Assembly: GCA_021498095.1 (NCBI GenBank)
Contig: JAIZWK010000001.1
Coordinates: 1,620,001 to 1,652,000, forward strand
Direction of reading: 5' to 3'
Source of the DNA: Candidatus Harpocratesius repetitus
Lineage (GTDB): Archaea; Asgardarchaeota; Lokiarchaeia; Sigyniarchaeales; Promethearchaeaceae
Length of the DNA stretch: 32,000 nucleotides
Part shown: positions 28,491-32,000 of the stretch, piece after piece
How positions within the stretch are numbered: the first letter of the stretch is position 1
Layout of the letters: every line of letters starts with the position of its first letter
Position numbers and translations under genes: made by a program
The notes under the pieces: model-generated
Database searches by the model: none
Told to the model about the DNA's origin: nothing
The model's input: the letters and a program-made list of their open reading frames with translations, nothing else

Positions 28491-28808
28491 TCAATCATAA
28501 TCTGCTTCAAATAAATCCTCAAAAGCAGCACGTTCTTCTTCTGAAATCGAAGGCTTTTTTTTAGTTTCTTCTACAATTGCTGTTTTGAGAACTTGTTTTT
28601 TTTCTTTTTTCTTGATTGCAGCACCTTTTCTATCAACTTTTTTGTATTGCTGCATCTTATCCTTCATTGGATATTCCTTATTACATATTCGGCAATAAAG
28701 TGTGTTTGTACGACGTTTTGGCAATAGTATATTTCCACAATCAGGACAGAATCCAAAACCGGATTTGAGTGTTTTCTTTTTTGGTTTTGCTGTACTCATA
28801 TTCATCAC
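28491..28808 (-). CDS. RpoM/TFS/Rpb9-like N-terminal zinc-ribbon protein lacking the C-terminal ribbon
   Basis: FCPDCGNILLP-x6-LYCRIC, then a Lys-rich linker and an acidic tail. No second Cys4 ribbon. Confidence 0.75.
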   Translation of the reverse strand: MMNMSTAKPKKKTLKSGFGFCPDCGNILLPKRRTNTLYCRICNKEYPMKDKMQQYKKVDRKGAAIKKKEKKQVLKTAIVEETKKKPSISEEERAAFEDLFEADYD

Positions 28809-29173
28809 CTTTTGATTTTGATATCACTAGAAGACGGTTAAAGTTTCTACATTCATATATATCTGTTAAATTTATATGAACAATTAAAAGGGGTACATAT
28901 TTTTAAAGGTTTAGTTTCAATTTCTTTACATTTTATGATTTTTCGATTATCATTTAAATGAAATTTTAAAAATGACAAGAATAATATTTTAAGATCATTC
29001 GTGTAATTACATATATATAATTTAATTAGTATTAAGTGACTTCTGATCCTAGTGAAAAAGAAAATATTTAAGGTATTTATTGTAATTATAATTGTAGAGT
29101 GTCAATTATTTAGACGATTAAATTTATTATATGATCGATAAAAGCATTCATAGCAAACGTTGGTGCAAAAAAC

Positions 29174-29545
29174 TTGGAAGAAGAAGCGCAGTTAAATTAT
29201 TTATTACGAGAACTTATGCAAAAGATAGAAGGGTTGGGTAGTGCAGCGTTAGTATCACGGGAAGGTTTAATTGTATCGGCCGTATTGGAAGAAGGAATCA
29301 GTGATATGCATATTGCCGCTATGTCTGCAATTATTTTATCGACCTGTGAGCGCGTATTAATGGAATTGAAAAAAGGAACGCTGGACATCTGTATCATCCA
29401 AGGTAGTGAAGGAAAGTTTTTGGTTATGCAATGTGGAGAAGATTACATAATCGTTGGCGTATTAGATGCTGACGCACGGATGGATCTTGCATTCGTTAAC
29501 ATGCGAGCAACAACTAATCGCATTATCGATATACTGGAAGAATAA
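29174..29545 (+). CDS. Roadblock/LC7 domain protein
   Basis: IEG..SAALVS.EGLIV, IAAMSA.I....ER...EL.KG.L...IIQG..G, with a terminal helix. Confidence 0.9.
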   Translation: MEEEAQLNYLLRELMQKIEGLGSAALVSREGLIVSAVLEEGISDMHIAAMSAIILSTCERVLMELKKGTLDICIIQGSEGKFLVMQCGEDYIIVGVLDADARMDLAFVNMRATTNRIIDILEE

Positions 29546-29812
29546 TTTTCTTCTATATTGATAAAATCGTATCTCTCTTTAGAAGAACAAAATTAATTTT
29601 TATTTTTTCGATCTTTTTATTACTATTTAGAATTTATTAAGTCAAATAATATAAATTAGTAATTTACCAATAGGCTTCTTTTTAAATAAAAATACAATAT
29701 TTGATATATATTAGGAATGAAATTCGTTTCGCTCAAAATTTAATTAAATTTTCCAAAATTTTGAGTCGAATTTATTTATTTCTCAGTTAAAGAAAAAGGT
29801 TATCGAATTATT

Positions 29813-31051
29813 ATGCCGGCAAAAAAGAAAAAAACTTCTAAAGCAAAAGCAACCACAAAGGTAAAAAAGAGTACTACAAAAAAAAGTACGAGTAAAAAGA
29901 CTGGAGAGAGCAAAGTTGAGGAAATCAATGAAGACGAACTTTTGGAAGAATTAATTAGTGATGATGATGAGATACTCGAAAAAAAAACCAAAAAAAATTC
30001 TTCAAAACCTAAAACTGAAGCCAACAATAAAATCAAGAAATCTGAAATAGATGAAGAACTAGAAGAAGAAATATTAGATGCCGCTATGGATGGCTTATCT
30101 GAAATAAATTATGATATTAAAGATTTACCTGGTGTTGGTGCTACAATTGCAAAAAAACTAACAGATGCAGGATTTGGTACAGTTAATGCTATAGCAATTA
30201 CTCCAGCAAAAATACTAATTGAAGAAGGTGGCTTAGGAGAAAAAACTGCTCAAAAAATAATTAGTGCTGCTCGGGAAGCTTTAAATATAGGTTTTAAAAC
30301 TGCCGATATTGTTTGGGAACGTCGAAAGTCTCTTGCTCGAATCACAACAAATAGTAAAAGTTTGGATGAATTATTAGGTGGGAGTGGTGTCGAAACTGGA
30401 GGGATTACTGAATTTTATGGAGAATATCGAACCGGAAAAACTCAAATTATGCACCAACTTTGTGTAGATGTTCAAATGTCGCGTGATGATGGTGGAATTA
30501 ATGGAAAGGCATTATATATAGATACCGAAGGTACATTTCGTCCAGAACGTTTAATTCAAATGGCAGAAGCTAAAGGATTAGATTATAAGGAAGTACTTAA
30601 AAATGTAATCTATGCTCGAGCTTATTCAAGTGATCATCAAATAATGCTAATAAAAGATGCTATGAAAATAATTGCAGAGAAGAACATCAAATTAATTATT
30701 GTAGATTCTCTAATTTCCCATTTTCGAGCTGAATATATTGGACGTGGAACACTTGCAAATCGACAACAATTATTAAATCTCCATATTCATGATCTTCTAC
30801 GACTCGCTGAAATGTATCCAGATGTAGCTGTTGTGGTTACCAATCAAGTTCAAAGTAAACCAGATGTCTTTTTTGGTGATCCTACAAAATCTGCTGGTGG
30901 AAATGTAGTTGCTCATGGTGCTACAGTTCGAATTTATTTAAGGAAAGGAAAAGGAGATCAACGGGTTGCAAAAATGATTGATTCCCCTAATTTAGCTGAA
31001 GGTGAAGCTGTTTTTCGATTAGCTGAAGAAGGAATTTTAGATATTGAATAA
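29813..31051 (+). CDS. radA: DNA recombinase RadA with a ~95-aa charged N-terminal extension
   Basis: HhH domain DLPGVG, Walker A GEYRTGKTQ, YIDTEGTFRPER, Walker B IIVDS, FRAEYIGRG, VTNQV, R.AKMIDSP. No intein. Confidence 0.97.
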   Translation: MPAKKKKTSKAKATTKVKKSTTKKSTSKKTGESKVEEINEDELLEELISDDDEILEKKTKKNSSKPKTEANNKIKKSEIDEELEEEILDAAMDGLSEINYDIKDLPGVGATIAKKLTDAGFGTVNAIAITPAKILIEEGGLGEKTAQKIISAAREALNIGFKTADIVWERRKSLARITTNSKSLDELLGGSGVETGGITEFYGEYRTGKTQIMHQLCVDVQMSRDDGGINGKALYIDTEGTFRPERLIQMAEAKGLDYKEVLKNVIYARAYSSDHQIMLIKDAMKIIAEKNIKLIIVDSLISHFRAEYIGRGTLANRQQLLNLHIHDLLRLAEMYPDVAVVVTNQVQSKPDVFFGDPTKSAGGNVVAHGATVRIYLRKGKGDQRVAKMIDSPNLAEGEAVFRLAEEGILDIE

Positions 31052-31266
31052 ATAACTATTTATTAAATCTATTTTTTAAAAATTCTAGATTATTTTTAAG
31101 AATGAAGGATCAATTAAGAGAAGCCTTATTTTTTAAATTATTTCAATATTATCGTTCAAAAAAATCTCATTGACAATTTCATTGAAGTTTTAGAGCAAAA
31201 CATACACTATTTTAAAGCTTATGACAAAGAAAAGCAGGGATATGCATAAATTGATATTTTTATAAA

Positions 31267-31615
31267 ACTCTCAAACTGGCAAAAATATGTTTTCCGCAGT
31301 TACAGTTGCTATAAAGGAAATACAAGACTATTTATGGCAAAAGTTATATCAAATAATCTGGCGGAGAATATTAATAGTAGGATTAAGACTCGCGTGCATT
31401 AAACTGGTCCTAAAACACCTGAGGGCTTAGAACAGCGACTTCAGGCATATATTACAATCACAAATGAACCCAAAATCTTATAAATTACCATTGTTTCACA
31501 CCGATTTAGCCCAAAAATGCTCTTTAATGAGTGGAATAATTCAGAAATTAAACGATTATTTCAATTAAACGAAAAATGGGGGAAAAAAATTCAAACCGAG
31601 GTGTTAGTGAATTGA
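31267..31615 (+). pseudogene. Transposase C-terminal relic
   Basis: Hand translation SNNLAENINSRIKTRVH*TGPKTPEGLEQRLQAY... resembles the NNxxExxN motif of DDE transposases, with stops and a frameshift. Family not determined. Confidence 0.5.
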
Positions 31616-31724
31616 TCCTTTGTAATTAAAAATAGCCAAAATCTATTTTTTTAGATATATAATTATTGAAAAATATGGAAAATAAAAAAATAAGTAAAAT
31701 AAGATAGAAAACATACAAGTTATT

Positions 31725-32000
31725 CTAAAAGTTTAACTCTGATTGCCATCGAGGTTGCAATTTCAATTTCCATGCCCTTTTTGCATACTCTTCTACCATT
31801 CGATGAGTGTTAAAGTATGCAGCTAATCTAATTGCATGTTTCATCCTTTCTGTCCATCCATCTCTGTTATTATAATAAAGTGGGATGATTTCCCTTTCGA
31901 GTTTATGGTAAAGATCATTTGCATCATAAGAATCAGGATATTTAGTTGCATTTGGATCTTGCGGACCTGGACCAATCGCCCATCCCGCCATAGGATCTTT
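31725..32000 (-). CDS. glgP: Alpha-glucan (glycogen/maltodextrin) phosphorylase, 3' end
   Basis: GWAIG, DA..LY..LE.EIIPLYY, W...MK.AI...A.FNTHRMV.EY. Continues beyond the window. Confidence 0.9.
   Translation of the reverse strand, partial: KDPMAGWAIGPGPQDPNATKYPDSYDANDLYHKLEREIIPLYYNNRDGWTERMKHAIRLAAYFNTHRMVEEYAKRAWKLKLQPRWQSELNF

Noticed and set aside
556-30036. Short antisense or overlapping track ORFs (556, 3113, 3314, 7056, 7762, 7835, 8031, 8826, 9706, 10785, 11176, 14703, 14778, 16517, 18232, 18506, 21705, 21892, 22090, 22097, 29197, 29800)
   Set aside because: Shadow frames of well-supported genes or tRNA flanks, with no motifs of their own.
29813-31051. Intein in RadA
   Set aside because: The Walker A region GEYRTGKTQ is continuous. 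The extra length is entirely N-terminal.

Overview
AT-rich archaeal chromosomal window. The gene set (Roadblock/LC7 protein, double RING-H2/TPR protein, archaeal RadA, archaeal ThrRS editing domain, PPDK, ADP-forming acyl-CoA ligase, a GF-TM-basic C-terminal anchor) points to an Asgard archaeon, most likely Lokiarchaeia/Promethearchaeia. That assignment is inferred, not searched. From left to right: ridA (partial), a Nudix hydrolase, a zinc-ribbon protein, thiN divergent from a thiBPQ thiamine ABC transporter, a 699-aa RING-coiled coil-RING-TPR protein and an MFS transporter. Next come a tRNA-Arg(GCG) interrupted in its D-arm by a ~27-nt insert and a GC-richer two-ORF cassette (unknown protein plus LRR-like protein). 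These are followed by a hybrid histidine kinase/receiver gene broken by one in-frame TAG, a stand-alone ThrRS editing domain, a divergently arranged PIN toxin/RHH-UPF0175 antitoxin pair with a palindrome between them, and a deacetylase. The right half holds a frameshifted membrane gene, ppdK, a decayed ISH3-like transposase, a ferredoxin, tyrS, an unlisted 57-aa ORF, acdA, a TFS/Rpb9 N-ribbon-only protein, a Roadblock protein, radA with a long charged N-tail, a second transposase relic and the 3' end of a glucan phosphorylase. No CRISPR array or rRNA was seen. The best leads are the double-RING/TPR putative E3 ligase, the D-arm tRNA intron with its neighbouring foreign cassette, and the divergent TA module.
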